Of a stretch of DNA of 64,000 nt, positions 1-11,336 are shown piece by piece. How positions within the stretch are numbered: position 1 is the first letter of the stretch; the number at the start of each line of letters is the position of its first letter. Source of the stretch: Bilabrum cf. latius (Eukaryota); contig OZ237742.1 of the NCBI GenBank assembly GCA_965178125.1, positions 1,178,001 to 1,242,000 of the forward strand, written 5' to 3'. Both the position numbers and the translations under genes were made by a program. The notes under the pieces were generated by a model that saw nothing but the letters and a program-made list of their open reading frames with translations, searched no databases and was not told the DNA's origin.

Positions 1-1927
1 CTGAGGCAGAGCCGAGTGCACCGCCGTGCGGTGCACCGCCCAAAGGACCCGGGTCATGAAGCCAAGCAGATCCTGACGACTAAGGCTGGGAATGGGACCG
101 GGACTGGGACAAGGGAGCTCCTGCTGGGAGAGGTGGCTCACTGCTGGCCACGCTGCCGTCCTGTTCAGCAACTGAATAAGTATCGGCCGCGAATCGACCC
201 GCTGGCTCAAACGTGTGCTCTACCACTCGGCTGCTCATCCTGGGGGCCCGCGCGATCGCGCCCATGCTCGCGCTTCCGCTGCTCCATGTATCGGGCAGCG
301 TGGGAGGCTGCACCCCACCAAAGCTCGGCTTGGCAGTGGTAGCCATGGAGCTGCCCTAGTCGCTGTGACGAGTGACATCTACAGATTCGGAGCGGTGAGC
401 ATCGCGCGCATCGCGCAGATCCAGCACGCCTCGCTGGCCCGTCCCGGCTGCCTGCGCGGCGCCTGGTTCCGCAAGCAGCCAAGAGGCATCAAAGCCGGGG
501 TCCATGCCGACTGTGATTGCTTCTGAAGTGCCTGTCGCCTCGCCTGGACCGCCTGCCGACTAGTCTGACAACGACGGTCTCGCATCAGCAGATGTGCCTG
601 CTGTGAATGGAGTAGCTTTAGTATGCCGCCTGCCCACTGATGCTGGTTGTGCAGGCAAGCCGGCTGCATCCTCACCTGCCGCCACCGCATACCTTTGCGA
701 CGTGCTCGAGGCGAGGAGGGGAGAGCCCTGGTGATCTTTGACAGCCTCTTCCTGTTCCTGCTCCTCTATCACCACTGGCAGCGATAAATCGGGAGCGCTT
801 GCATCGGCGCTCGCTGGAGCACCTGCTTCGGAGCCTTGGGTTGCCGCTGAGGCTGCTGAGGCTGCAATGGCGGCGGCCGCAGTAGCGACTGAAACGGAAG
901 CTTCGGTGGAGGCGAGGCTCTGTAGCTGGTCCAGGAGCGCCTTTTCGTCCTTATCTTCGATACTAGCTGCGGCTTGGTCGCCTGCGTGGCGACCCGCCTC
1001 GCTACGGACCGGCCTGCCAGCGCCACCGTGCTCGCCTCCGAGCAGCTGCTCCAGTGTGCAGTCCCACTCGCCCGGTGATTCCCCGGTGGAACCCTCCGTC
1101 TGCGAGCTTGCCATTGATTTGAACGCTGCTCGGAGAGAGAGTAGCGCGGCCTGCTTGCTAGCTGGTAGACGCGGCGAGGCCTGAGGATCGTCTCCGGGGG
1201 GCTGATGCTCCTCTGCGGAACTAGCCCCCAATGATGCACCTGTCTATGATGTCTAATCACCAAGTGCGCTGACTGCTGCGGATATTGATGCGGATGCGCC
1301 CTCTCGTGGCACTGCGTCTGCTCGCGGAGTACCCGTGCTGGCCTTGACGGCACCATTCTGCTAATCTGCGCCTGTCCCAGTCACAACTTCGGAATCTGAG
1401 CTGTCCGAATCCGAGAGGTCTGCATCCAGTGCGCCATACATTTGTGATGCTGAGCTGATTGAGGGTGGCTCAGCGGTGGTGGGCGTCCTATCGGTCCCGG
1501 CACCTGTGGCAGCGGCGTCAAGGAGCTACAAGAGGTCTTGCTCTCCAGCGTCAGCAATACGTAGCGACCCGTTCATGCGTAAAGACTTGTCGGCGATGCC
1601 ATTGACTTCCTCCATGATACCGTCCATGTCTGACGCCCCATCCACGGTGGAGCGTTGTGCTACCACCTCGAACTGGGCCCGACTATCACCTCCAGGCATT
1701 GATGCGCGTTCCTGGATAGTTAAAACACGGCTGATGTACTTGCCAGGACTATCTGGGAACATCGAGCAGTCACAGAAATCGTCTGAATCCACGCTAGTTG
1801 ATTCAAGCACTTGTGAGACAGTGTCATCTGCTGAGGCAGCACCGCTTCCTTCTTCACCGTTTCGCTCGGTCTCAATCTAAACATCCAGAATCCCAAGATC
1901 GACGAAGCCGTCTCCTTCTGCCTCCAT
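1..1927 (-). CDS. Unknown Ser/Ala/Asp-rich protein, 3' end outside window (TAG read as Gln)
   Basis: ATG at 1927 (MEAEGDGFVDLG...). ORFs 1526-1810, 560-1231 and 80-346 share one frame and are separated only by TAG (about 8); no TAA/TGA to the window edge. No recognisable domain. Confidence 0.7.
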
Positions 1928-2171
1928 GGCTAGCGACAGTGATGCGGTCGCCTGTCAACTTGCAAATGAATTTCCGGATCACCCACCAGGCCACAAATGG
2001 ATAAATTAGCGATGAATGTGCCACTCTGTTCAGCGCTTGGTTGGGACATATCCAAATTGATCTACAGTAGCTCTGTTGCACTCGAATTGATCGCCGATGA
2101 CTGCCTCATACGACAAGAGTTGTGGACTCTCCCACCAATCGACCGGCAACGCAAGCAAGACCTGCTTCCTT

Positions 2172-4688
2172 TCACCTGCGCCTGCCCCCGTTACCGCCAC
2201 CGCGCCGGCCTCCACCTCCACCGCGACCCCGACCACCACCTCCGCCGCGACCACGCCCACCGCCGCCACCGCCCCTGCCACGCCCACCACCGCCCACCTG
2301 CTGCACCCTCAGCCCCCCGCCGCTCCCGCCGCCGCCGCCGCTCGTCCTCCTCTTCTTGCGAGCCCCGCCGTCACCGCCCTGCCCCTGGCCCTGGCCCTGA
2401 CCACGGCCGCCACCCCTGCCCCCCTGCTGCTGATGTCCCCCGCGGCCGCCCTTCCTGCCCTGGCCCTGGCCCTGGCCCTGGCTCTCGGGGCCGCCCTTGC
2501 GCTTCTGCCCGCGGCCGCCGCTGGCGCTGTTCCCTCCGCCCCCGCCCTTCTTGCCCCCAGCATCTCCCTTCATGCTGGTTTGACCACCCTTCTTTCCACC
2601 CTGCTTGCCACCTTGACCACCCTTGCCTCCCTTGCCACCTTGACCACCCTTGCCGCCCTGGCCCTGGCCCTGGCCCTGGCGGTGCTGCTGCCCAAAGGAC
2701 AGAGACATGAGCTGAGGGCCCTGCCCCTGCCCGCCCACGAGCGACGCCGGCATCTTCTGCCCCACGCGCAAGAGGACGGCGGGCTCCTGCAGGAGCGCTG
2801 TGGTGAGCGTCCTGAGAGACCGCACGATCCTGCGGGCGTCCATGGCCCGCTTGCTCTGCGACTCGATCGCCTGGCGCTCCTCAGTACCGGGCGTCTCCGC
2901 TCCCGCCGCCGCCGCGCTGCTGCTAGAGCTAGAAGAAGAAGAGGAGGAGGAGGAGGAGGAGGCCGCGGCCGCCTCCGCCTTTGCTGCCGCCTTCTTGGCG
3001 TCCACATACTGCTTCCTCTTCTTGCGCAGCACTGCCAACATCGCGCCCAGCCTGCCGTCATACAGCTCGCACCATGTCTTGAGGGCGCGCAGGGCAGACG
3101 AGAACCGCCGCGCTTCCTCCTGCATGGGATTGCTCTCCATCATGCCCATCATGTCGCTGGGCTGCCCCGTGAAGACCGCCTTCTTCTTGGGCTTGGGGTC
3201 GAGACCCGTCACCTCCATCAGAGCGTCAGGGTGCTTGCGGCACAGCGAGTGCACGGCATAGAGCAGCACCTCCAGCCGGCTGAAGTGCGGGGCGCCTGCT
3301 GGCAGCTCCACCTTGTCCTCCTCCTCCTCCTCCGCTTTCTTCTCCTCCTCCTTCTCGCCCGACGCCGACGAGGCTGCTGCTTCCTCGCCCGACGCCGCCG
3401 CCGCAGAGGTGGTCGCCTTGGCGAACTCCGAGGCGGAGGGGGGCGCCGTGGGCAGGTGCGCCTTGAGCGCGGCATACGCGGCGCCGCGCATCTTGCGGAT
3501 CTCATCCCCGTCCCGGTCGGGCCTCATCCCGTCGGTGAGCTCCACCAGCAGCCGCATGAGCCTGTCCGCCTTGCCCGGGTCCGCCGAGGCGGCCGCGTCC
3601 AGGAACTTGGCGTCCAGGAGGTGTGTTCTAGCAAAGGCCACGAATGCCTGGCCGTGCTCGCTCTCCCTCGTGCGGATGGCGAGTGCCAGTGCCCTGGGGA
3701 GGGTGCGGGTGAGCCTCACGACCACGGGGCCGGTGGGCTCGCCGCACTCGTCCAGGCGGGCGATCTCGGCCAGGACCCGCAGGATGCCGGCGCGGCCCTC
3801 GGGGGCCGGTCGCTTCTCCTTCTCTTCTTCTTCCCCGTCCTTCTTCTCCCCGGCTTCCTCTCCCTCCTTGGCCGCCTCCTCCTTGCCGTCGCCGTCGCCG
3901 GCCGAGGCAGCAGCATCGTCGGCTCCCGCGCCGCTGGCGGCACCAGACTCGCCAGCCGCTTCCTTCTTCGGCTTCGGGGGCTCGCGGCTGAAACGACGCA
4001 GCTGGAACAAGGTGCGCGCAGCCACCGCAAAGACGGGCTCCGGCGTGGCCTCGTTCATGAGAGGGGCAGACAGGATAGCGATGAGCCGATCCTCAGATTC
4101 CTGCGAGTTGCGGGATGCCTGGATCGCGAGGCGCTGCAAATCGCCGCGGCGCAGGTAAGTCATGGCTTTGGTGGCAAGCGCAGGGTCTTCCGGATCCTGT
4201 GCGTGCTTGAGCAGCGCCTCGATCGCGCCAGCCACGTCGCCGCGGATAGTCGTGCCTAGCGCTGCCTCAGCCGCCTCAGCCTCCTCTGCAATCTCGTTGT
4301 TCAATAACTAAGTCAAAACATCGGCAATCTTGCCAGTCACGGCCGGAACCCCAGCGCAAATGTTGGGCAATCCGCGGATTGCCTTGAGGCGCACAGGGGC
4401 GTTGTCATCCTCCACAAGGTCAAAGTACGCGTTCATTGCCTATTCCTATACGCTTGCATCGTCAACAAAGTAGCGAAAGTATTTGGCAATCCACTCTACG
4501 GCTAGGAATTTGCTCTGGGTGTTTGTAGCGCTGGAATCAAGGATCTTTCTGTACGCATCGGCGTGGTTGCCGCGCTCGGCCTCCGGGGCCCCCTCGAGCT
4601 CCTCGTGGGCAGAGTACAGGGTTGCTGCAAGCGGATTCGCTGCCCCCTTGAATACCTTCTCGCCTCCAGACGTCTTGGCTTCCTCCAT
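2172..4688 (-). CDS. API5: Apoptosis inhibitor 5 (API5)-like helical protein with Gly/Gln/RGG-rich C-terminal tail, ~838 aa
   Basis: ATG 4688, TGA 2172-2174. Motifs AYRKIL, SKFLAVEWIAKYFRYF and AMNAYFDLVEDDNAPVRLKAIRGLP..KIADVLT*LL match API5 (AINAQLDLCEDEDVSIRRQAIKELP..RVADILTQLL). In-frame TAG at 4446, 4440 and 4308. Confidence 0.85.
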
Positions 4689-4915
4689 TTCCGTTGAGAG
4701 GCGAAGAATAGGCCTAAAACAGCAGATGGACCGCCTCGCGCTCCATCGACGAAAAATAAAGATTTCTGGCTCGCAATTGTAGGGTGGCGTTTGGAACAAA
4801 TGCGCGGCGACAACAAGGAAGGTTCCGTTCCCTGTGCCTCGTCTCGCAAAGCAAACATCGCTGGTAGGACCCTACCGAACACGCGTTTCCAGGTAAAGAC
4901 TCAACGCGTGATACT
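4689..4915. promoter_or_regulatory. Probable short bidirectional promoter between API5-like and ABCF2-like genes
   Basis: 227 bp between divergent start codons, lower GC than the flanking CDS. No specific element identified. Confidence 0.45.
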
Positions 4916-7465
4916 ATGCCGAAGAAAATGAGTGCGAGAGCCATGCTGAAGGCCAAAAAGAAGAGGGAGGCCGAGGAGAAGAAGGCGAAGGAGGCAGCGG
5001 CCAAGGCCGCGGCTGGAGGAGCCGCCAGCTCGGAAGCCCCTGCTGCTGCAGGTCCTAGCTCTGGCGCCGGGGATTCTTCAGGAAACTCTGGTCTTGCTGA
5101 TGCCGCAAGGGCTGCTATTGATGCCGCCAGCGCGAGCACGAGCAGCGGCCCAGTGACCGCCGCCGACATGGAGGAGCGAATGAAGAAAGCGATGGACGCG
5201 AGAGAGAAAATCGCCGAGACGGCATTGCTCGGGGAAGAGATGCACAGAAGGCTTATGGACGAGGCGATGAGCAAGATCAAGTGAGGGTGTTTGTGGGCAG
5301 GTTTTTGAATTGTTTTTCACCAGGAACAGCGGTCGCATCCACTGGTCCGACAACGGCTGCGGCCGAATCAGAGGCCAACTCTGCAGCGATCGGGGCGAGG
5401 TGCAGCAGCAGTATCGCATCTAAATTCCGTTCCTGTCTTTCTCCCCTTTTCCGCCCGCAGCGTCACCTACACGGCGAGCAAGGAGCAGCACGAGAACGAG
5501 CGCGACATCCACGTCAAGGGGCTCTCCGTCACCCTAGGGCCCAAGATCCTGCTTAAGGACACGGACATCACACTCTCGCACGGAAACCGGTACGGCCTCA
5601 TCGGCCGCAACGGCTGCGGGAAGAGCATCCTGATGACCATCCTTGGCCGGAGGCAGGTGCCCATCCCCAAGCACATCGACTCGTACCACCTCGTGTCCGA
5701 GATCGACCCCACGGACATGTCGGCCATCGAGGCGGTGCTCGCCGTGGACGTCGAGAAGAAGAGCCTCGAGGCCGACGCAGAGCTCCTCACGAACGCCATC
5801 GGCGAGGGGGACGATTCTGAGGAGACGCTCACCAAGCTGGACGAGATCTACGAGCGGCTGGACGAGCTGTCGGCTGAGACGGCAGAGAAGAGAGCGGCTT
5901 CCATCCTCCACGGTCTGGGCTTCACAAAGGAGATGCAGGCCAAGAAAACGAAGGATTTCTCCGGTGGGTGGCGCATGCGCATCTCCCTTGCCAGGGCGCT
6001 GTTCCTCAACCCCACTCTGCTGATCTTAGACGAGCCGACTAACCACCTGGACATGGAGGCGGTGGTGTGGCTGGAGGAGTACCTGGCCAAGTTCAAGAAG
6101 ATTTTGCTGCTGGTGAGCCACTCCCAGGACTTCCTCAACACTGTGACCACGCACACGGTGCACTTTCACCTCAACAAGCTGTCGGTGTACGCCGCCAACT
6201 ACGACGGGTTCGTGGCGGCGCGTGAGGACAAGGAGATGCACCAGTCGAAGAGGCACGAATGGGAGCAGGCGCAGATCAAGAAGATGAAGGAGTACATCGC
6301 CAAGTTCGGGCACGGGACCAAGAAGATGGCCAAGCAGGCGCAGTCCAAGGAGAAGACACTCGCCAAGATGACACGAGAGGGACTCACAGAGGCGGTGTCA
6401 AAGGAGAAGCTCATCTCCATGAAGTTCCCCAACCCCGACAAGCTGCCCCCGCCCGTGCTGCAGATGCAGAACATCAGCTTCGGCTACACGGAAGACCAGC
6501 TGCTCTTCAAGGACGTCGATTTCGGGGTGGATCTCGACAGCCGGATCGCCCTCGTGGGACCCAACGGGGCGGGCAAGTCCACCTTGCTCAAGCTCATGTC
6601 GGGGGAGCTGACCCCGGTTAAGGGCGCTGTGCGTCCGCACCCGCACCTGAGGATGTCTCGCTACACGCAGCACTTTGTGGACACGCTCGACCTTGAGATG
6701 ACCCCGCTGGCCTTCTTCTGCGGGCTGAGACCAGAGGAGTCTGAGACGCAGATGAGGAGATACCTTGGCCGGTTCGGGGTGGGCGGAGACATGCAGACCG
6801 AGACGATGAAGTACCTCTCCGATGGTATCAAGAGCCGCGTGGTGTTCGCCATGCTGGCGCTGCAGAACCCCCACATCATCCTGTTCGACGAGCCCACGAA
6901 CCATCTGGACATGGAGTCGATCGACAGCCTCGCCGCGGCCATCAACAAGTTCGAGGGCGGGGTGGTGCTGGTGAGCCACGACATGCGGCTCATCTCGCAG
7001 GTGGCGGAAGAGATCTGGGAGTGCGACGCAGGCACCATCGAGATGTTCCCCGCGGACATCGGGGCCTACAAGCTGAGGCTCAGGGCGAGGATCGAGAAGG
7101 CGCAGAGGGCCTTCGAGGCGGGAGAGGTGGCGGGGGACGGCGTGGCGGCGGCCAAGGCCAGGGCGGACGTGGGTGGGGCTGCCGCGGGGGGTGCCTCAAA
7201 GGCCAGCAAGGCGCCGGCGGCAGCCAAGGCCGCGGGCAGCAGCAGCAGCAGTGCGAGTGGTGGCGCCAAGGGTTCTGCGGGGTCTGCTTCGGCCTCGTCT
7301 GCGGGGGCTGAGGAGGAGTCCAAGGTGTCCTCGTCGAGTCCTGCCCCTGGTTCTGGTTCCGCATCTGCCGAGGCGAGGGCTGCGGCGCCGGCTGTGGGTT
7401 CCAAGGGGTTCCAGATTGGCGGGGGAACCAAGAAGAAAGTGGAGGCGGTCGGGACGTGGAGATGA
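4916..7465 (+). CDS. ABCF2: ABC-F family ATPase (ABCF2/Arb1-like), 2 exons (4916-5280, 5461-7465)
   Basis: Two ABC domains: GRNGCGKS / FSGGWRMR / LILDEPTNHLD and GPNGAGKST / LSDG / DEPTNHLD; no transmembrane domain. Splicing 5281-5460 joins MSKIN-VTYTASK in frame. TGA stop; no internal TAG. Confidence 0.93.
5281..5460 (+). other. Spliceosomal intron of ABCF2-like gene (180 bp)
   Basis: GTGAGG donor, pyrimidine tract, CCGCAG acceptor; removal restores the frame. Confidence 0.85.
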
Positions 7466-7811
7466 TACATCCGGAATCCAGATGCGTGAAACAAAATGCA
7501 ACAATTGCCAGGAAAACTCTGAACCCGGAGTCGAACCAACGCACCCCCGCACTGGACAAAGCCACCGAACACGAACCGGCCAAGTGTATAATCCTCGTCC
7601 TGTCCCCTCTTGGCAAGAAGATTCGACTTGGCTCTCACACCACGCACCAAACTCGCAGGCCTTGCCCCGGCTCTTACCTAATTCCGTTGGGAGAGTAATT
7701 TGGACTGGTGGGACTAGCTGCAGGCATTTCGAATCAGAACTCTCATTCTTCAAAACTTTTCTTTTTACTCCACTTGCACTCAAGCGAACTGTCGACACGA
7801 ACCCTCTCCAG

Positions 7812-10800
7812 TCACCGCGAGCCTCCGCCTTCGACCGACTTGGACTCGTGCCAGTCGTACCCAGGCGTTCCGGCCGTCGAATACGACACCGCCCGGCCAG
7901 AGCCAGTGCCAGTGCCAGTGCCAGTGCCGCTCGCGCCTCCGCTCTTCCCGTTTGCATGCCCCTGCCGGCGATTCCCGCCGCGCCGGTCGCCGCCCAGCCG
8001 AGCCTGGCCGTCCACCCCAGGTGCAGCTGGCCGGTCCTCGCGCAGCTCTTCCAGCCGTAGGGGTCCACGGGAGGAGCTGGGAACTGCCACCGCATCGTGA
8101 GGCTCCCCGGCCTGTCCCGCCCCATTTCCCACCGTCACGCCACCAACTCGTCCGGCATGCCGCCCGGTTTGATCACCCTTCGTGCCACTTTGTCCATCTT
8201 CAGGTTGGGTAATCTCATCGTGGGGAGGCACCGGGTCACCATCCTCGTGTGGCGATGGCGGGTCACCACCGGGCACCAAAGGGCCCAGGGGCGGCGACAC
8301 GCCCGTGAGGACGCTGTCACTCCTCGTGACGGCCCCGCCCGCCCCTGTCACTGCACCTGTCGCCGCTCCTGTCGCCCCTGCCCCTGACCCTGACCCGCGC
8401 TGCGCAGCCCAACCCACGCCAGATTTCGCTTGTCGACCTGCGCTCTCCGTCCCGGCGCCGTCTCCCGTCCACGAGGCCTTCAGCCCGTCCTCGTCGTCAT
8501 TGTCCACTTCCACGCGAGCCTCCTCGCGACCGGTTTGACCACCCCCTGGTGCGTTCGAGACCGGCGATGTGTCTGTGTTGGATCCGGTGCGTTGCCGGCT
8601 GGACGCACCACCGCGCGATGCACCCTCGGAGGCACCAGCGAGCACGCCAAATCCGAACCCGCCGCTCGCGCTCCTCCGATCCGACCCGGAATCGATAGAC
8701 AGCTGCTCGCTGGTCTCCCTACGCACCTTGGCACCGGCAGCCCTACCCCTGCCATCGGCGTCACCATCCCTTTCTCCGTTCGTGTTCTAGTTCTCGTTCT
8801 AGTTCTCGCCTCCGTTGGCCATGGAAGTCCCCGCCGCGGGCCCCAGCAGACCCCCGCGGCCATGGGCGCCCCCATCCTATCCCCCACCCTCTTCCTCGAG
8901 GTGGGGGGAGGAGGCGGGCCCCAGCAGCGGGGAGGTGCCCGGCTGCGGGGAGTGGTGGTCGTTGGACTCAGAGTGGTGGTCGCATGCCGCGGCCTTGTGC
9001 CGTGCCCAGGCGTGGGCCTGCGTGGGGGCGGTTTCTCGCTTCATCTTCATGCTTGCCGCGGTGCCAATGCCCACGCCCACACCCACGCCCGACGAGGTCG
9101 AGGAGGAGGCGACAGGTGCCCTAGGCTCGGACAGAACGCGACGCATGGGCGCGTGGTGTGACGAGTGCGGCTGGGCGGCCCGGATCTCACCGCTGTGCTC
9201 GTGGGAGGGGGACAGCGGCGGCTTTCGCGTGGGGTATCGACCTACACTCTCCGAATGCCGGGGTACGGTGGGTGCGGGTGCATAAGCAGCACCAGCGCCT
9301 GCACCAGCACCAGCACCAGCACCAGCACCAGCAGCGGCAGAGTCCGCCCGACCCCCAGAGGCTGCAGCCGAGACTCCTGCGTGGTCGCCGCCGGTGACGC
9401 CTCCGCCGACAGAACCAGCTCCCGCCCGAGATTCGATTCCGGATCCATTCCCTCCGGAGCCGGTGCTGCTGTCCCACCCCGATCCCCGCTTCCGAGCCGG
9501 CATCTCGATGCCCATCCTGGCCAGCTCGGGGCCGAGCATGAGGTAGAGCCTCTGCAGCTCTTCGGAGCTCGCGCCGGAGCTCGCGCCGGATCCGGAGGTA
9601 GACGATGATCTCCCACCGCCGCCACCGATTTGACCACCTCCTTGGATCCTCTGCAGCAGGTCCCTGACGAGCGATTCCCTCTGCTGGGGCGACAGCACCG
9701 CAGCAGCGGGTGCTTCTGCCCCGCCCACCTCGCCCCCCTCGCCGGCGCCGCGCATCCGGTCCCCTGCGGAACCGCCCATGAAGGAGGCCGCGTGCGCCAG
9801 CGCCCCCGCGCCCATCCGCAGGGCTGCGTACGCGGCGGGATGTTCCGCAGCGAGGGGGTCTTCGTGCGCGGCGCCGCCGGGAGCGGCTGACGGCCGGCGG
9901 CCCCGCACCAGCACCATCGCGCCGCCGCCTGTGTTCCCTGTGTTCCCTGTGTTCCCCCTGTATGGGCCTACGCTCTCCTATGGGGCGGCGCCCCCACCTC
10001 GCTGCATGTCGGCTGCACTCTCCGGGGATGCGGGGGTCCAGTCGCCGCCCCCCATTTGGGGGACACCCCCCGGGGTGTACCCGGGAGTGGCGCGACCCTT
10101 GTCCTTTTCCCGCGGGTCGTCAACCGGTGCGGGCAGAGCCAGCATGGGGCCCCTGGCTGCACCACCGTGGGCTGCACCCATGCCCGGTATCCTCGCACCG
10201 CCTGGTATCTCCAGACCGCCCGTCCGCCTGGCTGCGTTGAACTGCATCAGGAACGCCTCCCTGGCCAAATGGAACGCGCTGGGCAGCTGCAGCACGGCCT
10301 CCGTCGCAGCCGCCGCCGCCCGCGCCTCGTCACGCGGGAGCCCCCGTGTGACGAGTGCTCTCTCCGCTGCCAGGGGGGCGAACCAGGGGTGCTGCAGGCA
10401 CTCGTGGGCCGTGGGGCGGTCGGCCGGGACGGGGCTAAGCATCCTCTTCACCAGGTCTTTGGCTCCCCTGCTGATGTGCGTCCACACCGGAGCTGGGAAT
10501 CCGAACGCGTTCGTCAGCACGCGCTGCTCCCACAGTTCTCGCCCGTTGAGCAGATGACCCAGCTTCTGCGCCGCCTCGTTGTGCTCCCACCCCTCGGCCC
10601 CAGCGGCTTCGAAGGGAAATTCGGCGGATAGCAGCACGTACAGCACCACGCCGCAGCTCCAGATGTCCACGGCCGCGCCGTAACTAGGCAGCTCGGACTC
10701 GGAATCTCCGCTCCCACCCCCGGTCCCAGCACCACCACCACCGTTGCTGCTGCTGCTTCCACCAACGCCGCGCTTCATTGCGCTGAGAGGCAGCAGCCCG

Positions 10801-11294
10801 CCATGATCAGGACCCCCAGTTCCAGAGCTCTGCTCGTACAGCACCATGGCTTGCTCGGCCACGGACAGCCCGCCACCCGCCGCCCCCACGTTCCTTCCGC
10901 TGTTCCCCCGCCGAATGCCCCCCGTAGCACCCCCTACCCTCGCCCTCTCCCTGGCCCTTCGCCTGGCCTCCCGCTGTCTCCTCGCTATCTCATCCCGCAC
11001 CATGATGACCTCGGGTGCCAGGTACTGGGGGCTGCCCAGGAACGTGCGGGCTCTCCCCGCCCCGCCCATGCCGGTCGTGGGGCCGAAATCGGCCTCGCCC
11101 GCCTCTGCACCACCATGCAGTGCACCCGTGTGGCCCTCGCCTTCGCCGACTCCCGAAGCGGCCTGTGACCCCACCCCGGCCGCGCGCCTCCACGCAGAGA
11201 GGGCGGCGCGGTCCTGCGGCGAGGACGCGGAGGACGACTCGAAGGCGCCTCCGACGTACCTCGCCGTGCCGAAATCGCACAGTTTCACGTAGAT

Positions 11295-11336
<42 letters not shown>

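Noticed and set aside
2097-4259. Long antisense or alternative-frame ORFs (e.g. 2097-4259 +, 52576-55173 +, 36309-37976 -)
   Set aside because: Shadow ORFs expected from high GC3 opposite real genes; no recognisable domains.
5324-5423. Extra ABCF2 exon after the CACCAG at 5323
   Set aside because: It runs into an in-frame TAA; the single 5281-5460 intron already gives a good protein.
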